64,000 nucleotides of DNA, from assembly GCA_951406725.2 (NCBI GenBank), contig OX597820.1:71238001-71302000 (forward strand), written 5' to 3'. Made by a program: the position numbers and the translations under genes. Positions 52,851-64,000 of the stretch are shown here, piece by piece (positions within the stretch are counted from its first letter, which is position 1; every line of letters begins with the position of its first letter). The notes under the pieces are model-generated. The model was not told the origin of the DNA. It was given only the letters and a program-made list of their open reading frames with translations, and did no database searches. The DNA comes from Octopus vulgaris. Its lineage: Eukaryota.

Positions 52851-53628
52851 GGATCTTTTCCTTTTGAACGGCACTTTTCAACACAATTTCTAGTTAACTA
52901 AACACTTTTAAACTTCGTATACTGGTAGAATGTGTTTATAAAACATCATTTTCTCTTGGCTTTATTGAGAAAATTCTATATGTTGTAACATATTTCGTCT
53001 TTAATTTCGAGCATTTCGGCAATTTTAACCAATCGCTGACCTCCATATAGGTAAATAACATTCTGTGCATAATGAATATGTCCCTCCTTTAAGAAACAGA
53101 TTGGGTTTATTTACATTTGTGAAGAAAAAAGATACCCTTCCCCTAACTAAATCTAAAATAGATTGAAATGCAATAGATCGATACTAGGGTTATAGTTATG
53201 GGTGACAATTTCATACGACACCGCTACGGAAAATTGGATTTTTTTCTAGCTGTGTCAAATGAAAATGTCACCATAATTATGTCCCAAGTATCGATCTATT
53301 GCATTTCAATCTATTTTAGATTTAGGGTTAGTTAGGGGAAGGGTATCTTTTTTTCTTCACGAATGTAAATAAACCCAATCTGTTTCTTAAAGGAGGGACA
53401 TATTCACTATGCACAGAATGTTATTTACCTAAATGGAAGTTAGCGATTGGTTAAAATTGCCGAAATGCTCGAAATTAAAGACGAAATATGTTACAACATA
53501 TAGAATTTTCTCAATAAAGCCAAGAGAAAATGATGTTTTATAAACACATTCTACCAGTATACGAAGTTTAAAACTTTTTAGTTACCTTGAAATTATGTTA
53601 CAAAGTGCCGTTCAAAAGGAAAAGATCC
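52851..53628. mobile_element. 778-bp fully palindromic MITE (Merlin-like termini)
   Basis: GGATCTTTTCCTTTTGAACGGCAC...GTGCCGTTCAAAAGGAAAAGATCC; the arms pair almost to the centre (~53236). Flanks TGTAAATG / TGTAAGTG give an 8-bp TSD with one mismatch. Confidence 0.85.
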
Positions 53629-54062
53629 TGTAAGTGTTCTTAATGCATTTCGTAGATAAGAAGAAAAGTCATTGTTTTATAACTATGTGATTTGAAAACT
53701 TTAACCGCTGCTATATTAAATTACAATTCGGGTCTATTTGAATCAAAATAGATTTGGTTCAGTTGTTTGCATTGATGCAGAAACAAAAATACCTCATTAA
53801 GTATAATGATTACACTCAGGTAAAGTCGAACTTGGATAATTTAAGAAATTTTATCCGCGGTCCTACTCACGACTGTGATCAGATCTTAAAAATTAATGTT
53901 ATCTTCCAAATTAGGCAGCTTAATTTTTATACACGGGACCTTGGAAAGACTTCCGCCCGATCCCCCCGCCCCCATTTTCTCCCAAATTTGTTCAGTAATT
54001 TTTTTATTTTTGCCAGAAACCCCCGGCCATAAATCAGTATTGTTAAATCCCCACCCTTCCCC

Positions 54063-54115
54063 CCTAAAACCCTAACCCTAAAACCTTAACTCTAACCCCT
54101 AACCCTAACCGTAAC
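54063..54115. repeat. Short degenerate (CCCTAA)n telomere-like tract
   Basis: CCCTAAAACCCTAACCCTAAAACCTTAACTCTAACCCCTAACCCTAACCGTAAC. Confidence 0.7.
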
Positions 54116-57100
54116 TACAGGAATGATTTGAATTTTTTGTCCGAATCATAATGTCCGTATTTTTCCGCATAATTAGGAAAAAAAAATTCTTAAAAACAAA
54201 AATTTTTGGAAATTTTTTTCAAAATCATAATTTCCGTATTTTACCGTATATCTTGAAAAAAGTAAAAAAAATGAAGGAAATGAGGTGGGGGTGGTAATTT
54301 AAAAATGCCGATCTTTTTGCAGATTCGTATTCCCCGTAGCCGAAAAGGGGTGTTTGTGTCGAAGAAAAACAAAATCTTTTTAGAGGGTGGTTCTTTGGTG
54401 GGGACGAATTGGAGAATGTAGTCTCCGATATACAAGAATGACAGAATTGCAAAGCTGGAAAATCTGAGCATTGGTATACTCGATTAGAATTTATCTAGAG
54501 TTAAATAAAATCGTTATCACGTATTCTAAATGATTATAACGGGCTGCTGAGGATCACTTTGACGAAGTGCATGGTAATCTGTTGTTTTGACGAACTTTAG
54601 CGCTTATTGGACTGACCTACGATCAAAAGCCTCGAATATGCTGTTGCTTGTAAATCTCTGACTACTTTTATCCAATGTGTTCTTTCTTGCTTCATTCGGT
54701 GATAGTGTGAGCTGAAACCTAGCTCCTTCATTTGTAGTATCATAGATCGATAGACAGAATACATCACGCTGAAGTCCGTTTTGTCTTTCACACTTCTGAA
54801 TCGAGTGCCGTGGTTGAATAAATTGATTAACTCTGTACCAAAAATTGTGATTCAGAAATCATTGAATAAATGAGCGATTTGATTTTTACGAGCAGTGTGT
54901 TTCTTTTCTTTTATTTTCATTTTTTTTTTTTGCTTTGATTTAATGCTTTTAAATACTTTGATCTAAGTCCACAGCAGAAATTAAATAGCTTTGTTTTATA
55001 ATCACGACTTAGCTTCTTTTCGTGATACTAACCAGCTTAATTATCAATGGCAGTTTTTGTTTTTTTTGTTACTGTTGATAGTTACTTAAGTCACTGATTT
55101 ATTTGATATAATTTGCTTTTCAATTGCATTAAGTCACGATTGTTTAGTGTGCAAATATCACTCCAAATATTGCTTACCTTTCTCCAAACCTTATTAACTC
55201 TTGAATTATTTGGATAGGGTGAGAACTGGTCCATAGTTAAGATTATTCATTTCAGTATAACTTATTTGATTAATGGTAAAGTTTGTTTTGCTAACTATAC
55301 TATTACAATTGTAATATGATTTATATGAAAAGCAATTGATCCTCAATTCACATCTTTACTTGTCTCTTGCACTCTTTCTGCTACAATGTTGCTATCTTTG
55401 AGGTTGACTCATTTGTTGTTCTCAACATTTAACATCAGCCATCAACACTTATCAATGACTGATGCTGTGAATACTGCAAACCTGAACTCCTTTTCACCTT
55501 TAAACATTGACTATAATCACCCACCATTATCTTTGCACACATTCAAACTTTTGATTGGTACATTATCAAGGTAACTCATCTCAGGACATACTGTAAAACA
55601 TTGCATACCCTTCAATCTTTTGTACTTACAAATCGCTTAAGCTGGGCCACTGTCAAGTTAACTTCCCCTGTACTTTGTCTCTGACACATCCACATTAGCT
55701 GAATGACTGAAACCATCTTCCAAATGGTGCCCTTGCAGCTATACTGTAATACTAAATATGTTGGACTCCATATACATCACTACCACCAGCTGAGAGGCTT
55801 TTAACTATAGCTGTAATGCCTACATGGCAGTTGTAAGAAAGGCAATACATAGCCTGGAGGTTCTCTAACTTACATAATTGCTGTACTGCTGTCTGATTTA
55901 CACTAAAGTCTCTACTTACTGAGCAGAATACTTTTATATGCCATTCTTCGGACAAAATGCAGTGTGTCCCTTTTAAAGCCATCATATTCGTTGCCTGTTT
56001 TGTATCCATCTCCAAACTACACACAATAAACCTCTACCAAACTCTGCTTTACTTTGTTTCTTAGTCTCACCATTATGTGCATACAGTTGTCAAGTTGGAA
56101 AAATCTATTTTACCTTTGCTACAACAAAGCAAATGATCTGATGCAGCTACTTTCAAACAATGTACTCTGGATCTAGCTTCTGTCTTTACAAGAAACTACC
56201 AAAGTCTTTAGAAACATACTTTAGTGTGCACCATTCCCAATAACAACAATTTCTCTAACCTTATCAACTATGAACCAGTCATCCTCATTTGAAACATTAC
56301 AAAAGTGATTAAAACAGTAATAAGCAGCTCTTATTTTATGTCTTTCTCTGGTGTAATAGGTATAGTTTCTATAAAGCCAGATATACAGGAATTTTGTTCT
56401 ATATAATCTCTTACTCTGGGAACTTTGAAAACAATGTTACTAAAGATAACATGAAGGAAGCTTTTCATTGTGTTTTGTAAGAGAATCTCTTAGCTATGTT
56501 TCCTGCTTTGCTGTCCTCTATTTTTCATCTTTTGGATTAGAAGTTTCTTGTTATATTGTTGTTTCCTTCCTCTTTTTGACCTCTGAATTTACAGAATGTA
56601 TACTCCAGTTATCCATGACAATGTACATCTCTTTTCTGCTTGTCATCTTTACTAAGCACTCTTATGTATTACTATTTAGCTTCTCAAACTTCTGATCAGA
56701 TAAATTCCAGCCATAATCTTACCAGATTCTATTCATACATAATGCACCTAGGCCATCAGTATCCAATCTGCACATTCAACACAATTAAAACACTGTCAGT
56801 ACAAATATTACAGCTCATAATCTATGATTGCATAGAAAATACTTCAATATCCAAATAAGGATTTGAACACAGAGCATGAATTGACAATTCCTTTAAAAGA
56901 CTAGAGGGCATTTTGTCTGATGCCCTGATATTGCTTTGTTTTCGATAAATTGGTATCCAGCAGAAAAGGTGAATGCACACACTGAGAAATGTGTATACAC
57001 ACACACACTCGTACAATATGCTACATTTTTTTATGGTCCTCTAGCTACTATAGTGTATTGCTTTCAGGGTTTTTCGTCAAGTATATCTCCCCCACTACTT

Positions 57101-58002
57101 ATTCAACCAGTTATTTTATTGATCACATTTTATTGACTCTCCTTATATTATTCCATATCTGCAGAGAATGTTGGTCTGGTGATAGATTTATGCATGCACT
57201 TATTCATACGCACACACACACACACAACAGTATATATCTCCATTTTAAAATATATGCAGTCTTTGTACGTCTTATGAGGAGACTAAAAGGGTTACTACAA
57301 GAAGGACGTCCAGTGTCTCAGAAAATGTGTCCCACCCTTGCCAACACAGTCATGCACATATATGTATTTGTGTGTGAAGAGAGAGGGTGAGGAGGTGACG
57401 GAGGGAGGGAAAAGCAAGAAAGACAGAGCCTAACCTGAGTGTGACAAATCAACAGATTTCTCTATTATAATGTGAACAATTGATAGACAGGAGCAATATG
57501 TTGATTGGATAGTTCCATTTCGTTTTGAACAAAGGAATGAAGTGAAAAATATTTCTTTGCACAAAGTGCTACAATTATACAATTAAATTTAAATTTATTC
57601 AACATTTCATACTTTCTTCTATATCTACATCTATAAACATGTTACTGTATTATTGTTTCAGAAGTATAGGCTAACAGTAGACAATTTATATTATTTGCAA
57701 GTAGTTTATTCGAGTTATTGTCTATATTCAAATTAGAGAGCAAGGAAAGAAGGGAAAAAGACAAAGGGAAATAGGATAAAATTTACCAAATTCATGTTTT
57801 TCATTTGTCAAGGTCAAGACAATCTTTTAAAGTTCCAATTCAGTTGGAATGGAAAATATTCCATTTACAACTTTTTATATAGTGTCAACCATTACAAAAT
57901 TTTTTTTTGTTTATGTATCCTATTGGTAGGTTGAATGATGATTTAATAGCTAGTATAGACCATTTTTTTTTATATATGAATTTATATTGTATAAAATGAA
58001 AT

Positions 58003-58220
58003 ATTGGTTTCAAATTTTGGCCCAAGGCCAGTAAGTTCAGGGGATGATTTAAGTTGATTACATCAACCCCAGTACTCAACTGGTATTTATTTTATTGACC
58101 CTGAAGGGATGAAAGACAAAGTCAGCATCAGCAGAATTTGAACTCAGAATGTAAAGACAGACAAAATAGCTTAAGCATTTTGCTTATCATGGTAATGATT
58201 CTGCCAGTTTGCTGCCTTAT
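58003..58220 (-). mobile_element. Family-B SINE
   Basis: ATTGGTTTCAAATTTTGG...ACCCCAGTACTCAACTGGTA...GAATTTGAACTCAGAA...CTGCCAGTTTGCTGCC. Confidence 0.75.
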
Positions 58221-59374
58221 ATATAAGATGAAATATTACAATGAATATATTGGATGCTAGTCGATCATCTTTTGGAGCCAGTTTTGCAACATTATTTTGT
58301 AAATGGCATTGTATCATTAATGAAATCAAAGTGTGTATTATTCATGGACTTTTATGCTAAGAACTGCTGCAGTAATTAGAATGTTAAAAGTAAAATTTTT
58401 GGCACCTGTACTTGTTTTACATAAAAATAATAAAAGAAAGAAACTCTCCTTATTCGGATTCATTTGCACAAAAAAACAATTGAATTGTTTATAGGTGTAA
58501 TGTGCAAATATTGAATTGTAAAATGTATTTATGTTCTACAATAAAAATAAAGCATACAGACTGACATAAAATTTAGAAACAGCCCACTGTCTAGAAGCAG
58601 GTTAGCAAATTAATTATACAGCATCTATAAGCTATGCTAATAATAACTACTATAATAGTAAATACAGAATAAAATTTACTCTTGACACTTTTGTTGATTA
58701 AGATACACTAAATCATTTTTCATAGTGAAAATAATCTATAATTAATACTTAGATCTAATATCAGTGGCACTGATTTCTTTGAGAAACAAAGATATAATCA
58801 GGTGAACTTATGTTCTAGATGCAGTACCATGGTCAATGCGATTTATCTGAGGTTTGGTTATTGCTTTAATTTATTTCTGGTACTTATTTTATTTTATTGA
58901 CTCCAAGGAGATTGATGGCAAATTTCCTTGCTACGTAAGTGGAAGACAGAATATATAGAGGTAAAACAAACAATTGGGCAATTTATGCAGTACATACTGC
59001 TTTTGTCTATTCTCTGCCTTCTGGTCTCTATATTATTGAGATGATGAGAGATGAAATTTCCTTTCAGGTAAGATAGTTTATTATCAAGGGTAATTTTATA
59101 AGGTGAGCTAGTATATCTTCTACCTTTACATCCGAATAAATTGAGATGAATGCTTTTCCAATGACCCAGGGCTATGTCTTCTGAAGGTCCAACCACGTGT
59201 ATTGATTTCAGCTTTGAATCTGTAGGGTTATAAACTCATTTTGTGTTAAGTAGATATTAGATTTGGAAAGCATGTTAATTTTATTGGATGTAGATGTGAT
59301 TGTAATCAAGATTTTGAATTTTCAAGAATGATAACACAAGTTGATTTATCTAAAAATATGTATTGTGAGGATTC

Positions 59375-59630
59375 TTTGAGTTGGTTGTTATTCATGTGAA
59401 ATGGGGCATTGAACAATCTTTATTAATACTGAATGTTGCCACTATCCATATATGAAACAGCAAAGGAATGCAAGATGAAGGAAGGATTTTGAATTTTAAA
59501 GTTGTCAGGTGAATTTGAGTTGGTTGTTATTATGTGAAATGGAGCATTGAACAATCCTATTAATGCTGAATGTTGCCACTACACATTGTATGATGTAGCA
59601 AAGGAATGGAAGTTGAAGAGAGGATTTTGG
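59375..59630. repeat. Imperfect tandem duplication (~138-bp unit)
   Basis: TTGAGTTGGTTGTTATT...GTGAAATGG.GCATTGAACAATC...GAATGTTGCCACTA occurs twice. Confidence 0.7.
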
Positions 59631-60845
59631 AACTTTTAAGGTGTCTGGTGAATTCAAGAGATTAAGAAACTTGAACCTTTGTATTGTTATCAAATAAGGA
59701 ACAAGGCTAGGATTTATCGGTTGGTTGTTATTGATAAAAAGAAAGTAATAGAGAAATGAAAGAAATTCAGTGTTATTGCTCAACACATTTAAAGATAGCA
59801 TAAGCATTGAAGAAGCTTGGAATCAAGGTAGTCAATATTGAAAATATTACATGATATAAGCACAAGACCATACACTTTTATGGGAGGGAAAAACTGATTT
59901 ATTCAGCTCATGGTTTTGTTGCAAATAAGGAAGCCATCTATGTTATATATGAACTAAGCTTGTTTTGCTTTTCAATAGGCATTCTAAATAGACTGTAATT
60001 AGATTTTTAAGTAGGTGTTAATTATTTCTAGAATGTCAGAATTATATAAATGCTACAGTTGCACATTTCAAAAAAGTAGTAAGCTGCATATCTGAATAGT
60101 CTCATACTGATAAGCTAAATAGAAACCAATTGATATGAATAGAAGAAAGAGAATAGCTTTGATATCACAAAAACAATATTATTTTCTTTGAAGAAAGCGC
60201 TTTGAAATAAATCATTAGGAGTCCTCTTTGGCTTGAGAGATGCAAAACAATGAAACAACACAAGTTAGATTAATATATTGCAGAAATTTTAGTAGCCACT
60301 GAAAATAAATTTACGAGCAAATAAATGCTGCAGTTTTATTATAATTATTTATATGTTGGTTTTAGTATTTTTCAGATGACTAAAACTGACATGAATCAGG
60401 TATATTTGTACTGAATATTTGAAAAAAACAACTGAAGTTTAGTGTTGTGATTAAGTATTACACAGCAAGAGTAATAGTCTTTCCTTTAGTGGGAATTGGT
60501 ATTTAATTAGAACATAAAAATTTGTGTTTTTAAATATTAAGTGTAAAGCTATTTTGAAAGGCAGGAAGTCATATATAATTTGTCAATATTTTAACATCCA
60601 CTTTCCATGCTTGCATTTCTCAGATACTCATCATGTTGCCAAGCTTCACTTGTTTTCAAGCAGTGTAATATTTCCCCATTGCCGGGTATGTTTTCACTAA
60701 AGGTTCGAGACAAACACAACATATATGTATGTTGCACTCATTTACAACTAGTGCACAATATTGAAACAGGGAAATACAAACATATACACACAGACATGCA
60801 CATGTGCTTGCTTGTGTGTGTGTATACATGTTTGCATGTATATCT

Positions 60846-61140
60846 TCATCATCCTTTAATGTTTAATGTCCACCTTCCATGCTGGCATGGGTGGTACGGT
60901 TTGACAGGAGCCTGCCAGGCAGAAGCCTGCACCAGATTTCTGTGACTGTTGTGGCAGGATTTTTACAGCTGGATGCCCTTCCTAACACCAACCACTCAGC
61001 AGAGTGGACTTTGTGCTTTTTATGTGGCACAAGCATAGGCAAGGTTTTTACAGCCCTTCCAAATGCCAACCACTTTACAGTATGGACTGGATGCTTTTTA
61101 AGTGGCACTTGCACTGACAGGGTCATCAAGTAGCTTGCAT
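60846..61140 (-). mobile_element. Older RTE-type tail fragment
   Basis: TTCCATGCTGGCATGGG...CAGCTGGATGCCCTTCCTAACACCAACCACT. Confidence 0.65.
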
Positions 61141-61542
61141 GACAAAAACTTTTGAGAGGGGAGGGGCAATTAGAGGAGGTGATCTTGTGTCAGATAATGA
61201 AAGGTTGTAGTAAGACAGGTGTTTTGCTGTAGAGGAGGTACAAGGTTACGAGAGAGAGAGCTTACATTGTTGAAATCACATTCACTTAAAAATCATGTAG
61301 TTAAGAAGTGAAATTCTTAACTATATAACCAAGTTGTAAACTAGATTAAGAATCAAATTTACTTTCATTATACACATCATCATCATCATCATCATTTAGC
61401 GTCCGCTTTCCATGCTAGCATGGGTTTGGACGGGTCAACTGGGGTCTGTGAAGCTGGAAGGCTTCGTCAGGCCCAGTCAGATCTGGCAGTGTTTCTACGG
61501 CTGGATGCCCTTCCTAACGCCAACCACTCCGCGAGTGTAGTG

Positions 61543-62218
61543 GGTGTTTTTTTACGTGCCACCTGCACAGGTGCCAGACAGAGCTGGCGAACGGCCACGA
61601 ACGGATGGTGCTTTTACGTGTCACCGGGACGGGGCCAGGCAGAGCTGGCAAACGGCCACGAACGGAGGGTGCTTTTACGTGTCACCGGCACGGGGGCCAG
61701 CCGAGGCTGACAACGAACACGAACGGATGGTGCTTTTACGTGCCACCGACACGGGACCAGACAGAGCTGGCAAACAGCCACAAACGGACGGTGCTTTTAC
61801 GTGTCACCGGCACGGGGGCCAGCCGAGGCTGGCAACGGACGCGAACGGATGGTGCTTTTACGTGCCACCGACACGGTTGCCAGACAGTGCTGGCAAACAG
61901 CCACGAACGGACGGTGCTTTTACGTGTCACCGGCACGGGGGCCAGCCGAGGCTGGCAACGGACACGAACGGATGGTGCTTTTACGTGCCACCGACACGGG
62001 GCCAAACAGAGCTGGCAAACGGCCACGAACGGACGGTGCTTTTACGTGTCACCGGCACGGGGCCAGACAGAGCTGGCAACGAACACGAACTGATGGTGCT
62101 TTTACGTGCCACCAACACGGGGGCCAGGCAGAGCTGGCAAACGGCCACGAGCGAATGGTGCTTTTACGTATCACCGGCACGGGTGCCAGACGAGGCTGAC
62201 AGCGGACACGAACGGATG
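61543..62218. repeat. Minisatellite of 11 units of ~61 bp in the RTE 3' UTR
   Basis: GGTG(C)TTTTACGT starts at 61543, 61607, 61668, 61729, 61790, 61851, 61913, 61974, 62035, 62095 and 62157. Confidence 0.95.
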
Positions 62219-62266
62219 GGTCACTTAACCCCTGCTTTCTGATATATGATTTGATTTTGATTGTTC

Positions 62267-64000
62267 TCACTGGTCTTGCCGGGTCTTCTCACACACAGCA
62301 TACTTCCATAGGTCTCGGTCTCTGGTCATTTCCTTGGTGAGACCTAGAGTTCGAAGGTCGTGCTTCACCACCTCGACCCAGGTTTTCCTGAGTCTACCTC
62401 TTCCACAGGTCCCCTCAACTGCCAGGGTGTGGCACTTTTTCACACACCTATCTTCATCCATTCTCGCCACATGACCATACCAGCGCAATCGTCTCTCTTG
62501 CACACAACATCTGATGCCTCTTAGGTCCAACTTTTCTCTCAAGGTACTTACACTCTGTCGACTATGAACACTGACATTACACATCCAACGGAGCATACTA
62601 GCTTCATTTCTCGCGAGCTTACGCATGTCCTCAGCAGTCACGGCCCATGTTTCACTGCCATGTAGCATGGCTGTTCGTACACATGCATCATACAGTCTGC
62701 CTTTTACTCTGAGCGAGAGGCCTTTAGTCACCAACAGAGGTAAGAGCTCCCTAAACTTTGCCCAGGCTATTCTTACTCTAGCCATTACACTTTCAGCACA
62801 CCCACCCCCACTACTGACTTGGTCACCAAGATAACGGAAGCTATCAACTACTTCTAGTTTTTCCCTCTGGAAAGTGACGGAAGTTGTTTTCTGCAGATTT
62901 TCAGAGATTAATGCTCCCGAGCATCTGCCACATACAAAAACCATCTTCCTAGTTAGCCTTCCTATGACATTGCTGCACCTCTTATGTGTCCATAGCTTAC
63001 ACTTGGTGTATCTTATAGAGTTTCTACCTACACCTTTTCTACAGATCGAGCAGGGCCATCTACCTGAAGGTGTTTGTGATTTGTCTACCTTCCTACTTAT
63101 TACGACTTTGGTTTTAGCTAGGTTGACTCTAAGGCCCTTAGATTCTAAACCATGCTTCCACACCTGAAACTTCTTCTCCAGTTCTGATAATGACTCAGCA
63201 ATTAGAGCAAGGTCATCAGCATAGAGGAGCTCCCAGGGGCATCCTGTCTTGAATTCCTCCGTTATTGCCTGGAGGACTATGATAAATAGGAGGGGGCTGA
63301 GGACTGAGCCTTGGTGGACCCCTACCTCTACCCGGAATTCTTCACTGTACTCATTGCCAACCCTCACCTTACTAGCAGCGTCCCTGTACATGGCTTGCAC
63401 AGCTCTCACTAACCATTCATCTATTCCTAGTTTCCTCATTGACCACCATATGAGGGATCGGGGGACCCTATCGAAGGCTTTCTCCATGTCAACAAAAGCC
63501 AGGTACAGGGCCTTATCTTTGGCTAGGTATTTCTCCTGCAGCTGCCTTACCAGGAATATAGCATCAGTGGTACTTTTCCCTGGCACGAAACCAAACTGCA
63601 TCTCATCTAAACTAACTCTCTCTCTAATTAGTTGGCTTATGACCCTCTCTGTAACCTTCATCACCTGATCCAACAGCTTGATACCTCTGTAATTATTTGT
63701 ATCTAGGGCATCACCTTTACCTTTGTAGCAGTTGACTATTATGCTGCTACACCAGTCATTGGGTATGACTCCTTCATGTATCACCTGATTAACTATACAG
63801 GTGACTAGGCTATAGCCGACACTACCAGATATTTTGAGCATCTCTGCAGTGATACCTGATGGGCCTGGGGCTTTCCCTGTCTTCATGCTTCTAATTGCCT
63901 TAGCTACCAAGGAACTATCAACCCTGATAGCTGGTCCCTCTGTTGGGTCAACGTTCGGCAGACTCTCTTTATCCCATTCATTTTCTTTATTCAGCAACCT
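62267..64000 (-). CDS. RTE LINE ORF, 3' part (reverse transcriptase with an inserted Cys/His finger); 5' end lies outside the window
   Basis: 576 uninterrupted codons containing KAPGPSG, NYRGIKLL, QFGF.PG.ST.DAIF, FVDMEKAFDRV, GVHQGSVLSPLLF, LYADDL, FRYLG and RLRWYGHV. Confidence 0.95.
   Translation of the reverse strand, partial: RLLNKENEWDKESLPNVDPTEGPAIRVDSSLVAKAIRSMKTGKAPGPSGITAEMLKISGSVGYSLVTCIVNQVIHEGVIPNDWCSSIIVNCYKGKGDALDTNNYRGIKLLDQVMKVTERVISQLIRERVSLDEMQFGFVPGKSTTDAIFLVRQLQEKYLAKDKALYLAFVDMEKAFDRVPRSLIWWSMRKLGIDEWLVRAVQAMYRDAASKVRVGNEYSEEFRVEVGVHQGSVLSPLLFIIVLQAITEEFKTGCPWELLYADDLALIAESLSELEKKFQVWKHGLESKGLRVNLAKTKVVISRKVDKSQTPSGRWPCSICRKGVGRNSIRYTKCKLWTHKRCSNVIGRLTRKMVFVCGRCSGALISENLQKTTSVTFQREKLEVVDSFRYLGDQVSSGGGCAESVMARVRIAWAKFRELLPLLVTKGLSLRVKGRLYDACVRTAMLHGSETWAVTAEDMRKLARNEASMLRWMCNVSVHSRQSVSTLREKLDLRGIRCCVQERRLRWYGHVARMDEDRCVKKCHTLAVEGTCGRGRLRKTWVEVVKHDLRTLGLTKEMTRDRDLWKYAVCEKTRQDQ

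Larger units (their letters stand above)
61375..64000 (-). mobile_element. Young RTE-clade LINE (runs off the window)
   Basis: Open RT frame, then a 3' UTR with a tandem array, the conserved tail and a (GAT)n end. Confidence 0.95.

Noticed and set aside
54063-54115. True or fused telomere
   Set aside because: Short, degenerate, single orientation and embedded in an apparent interspersed repeat.
54540-54830. snoRNA or other ncRNA in the unique CpG-containing block
   Set aside because: No convincing box C/D or H/ACA arrangement or terminal stem found by eye.
58894-59196. Possible gypsy integrase remnant (HWKSIHLNLFGCKGRRY)
   Set aside because: Only a faint resemblance to the PWxxIHxDLF motif, with no supporting domains or LTRs.
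61543-62218. CRISPR-like array beside an RT
   Set aside because: Units are contiguous homologous repeats without unique spacers, there are no cas genes, and the context is a eukaryotic LINE 3' UTR.
61420-62270. Repetitive 232/162/132-aa ORFs
   Set aside because: Products of the GC-rich 61-bp minisatellite, open in several frames on both strands.

Overview
AT-rich, microsatellite-laden animal genomic DNA dominated by transposable elements. The SINE, RTE-LINE and Penelope repertoire resembles octopus/coleoid genomes; this is inferred from remembered repeat families and is not verified. No complete cellular gene is recognisable. Retroelements: two RTE LINE copies (one with a 576-codon open RT frame running off the right edge and an 11 x ~61-bp tandem array in its 3' UTR), many short RTE 3' tails, several tRNA-derived SINE families, Penelope-like remnants (RT, GIY-YIG, and pseudo-LTRs with minimal hammerhead ribozymes), R4/Dong-type remnants, and an ORF1-only L1/Tx1-like element. 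DNA elements: a full-length decayed mariner, mariner/Tc1/piggyBac-type MITEs, and two fold-back elements with GG termini and 8-bp target duplications (Merlin-like). The larger fold-back (44458-47359) has ~1.3-kb near-identical arms that both carry the same RTE insertion. The fold-backs lie in a CpG-retaining domain (~42.6-55.1 kb) that also holds a candidate first coding exon. All coordinates were read by eye and may be off by a few bases.
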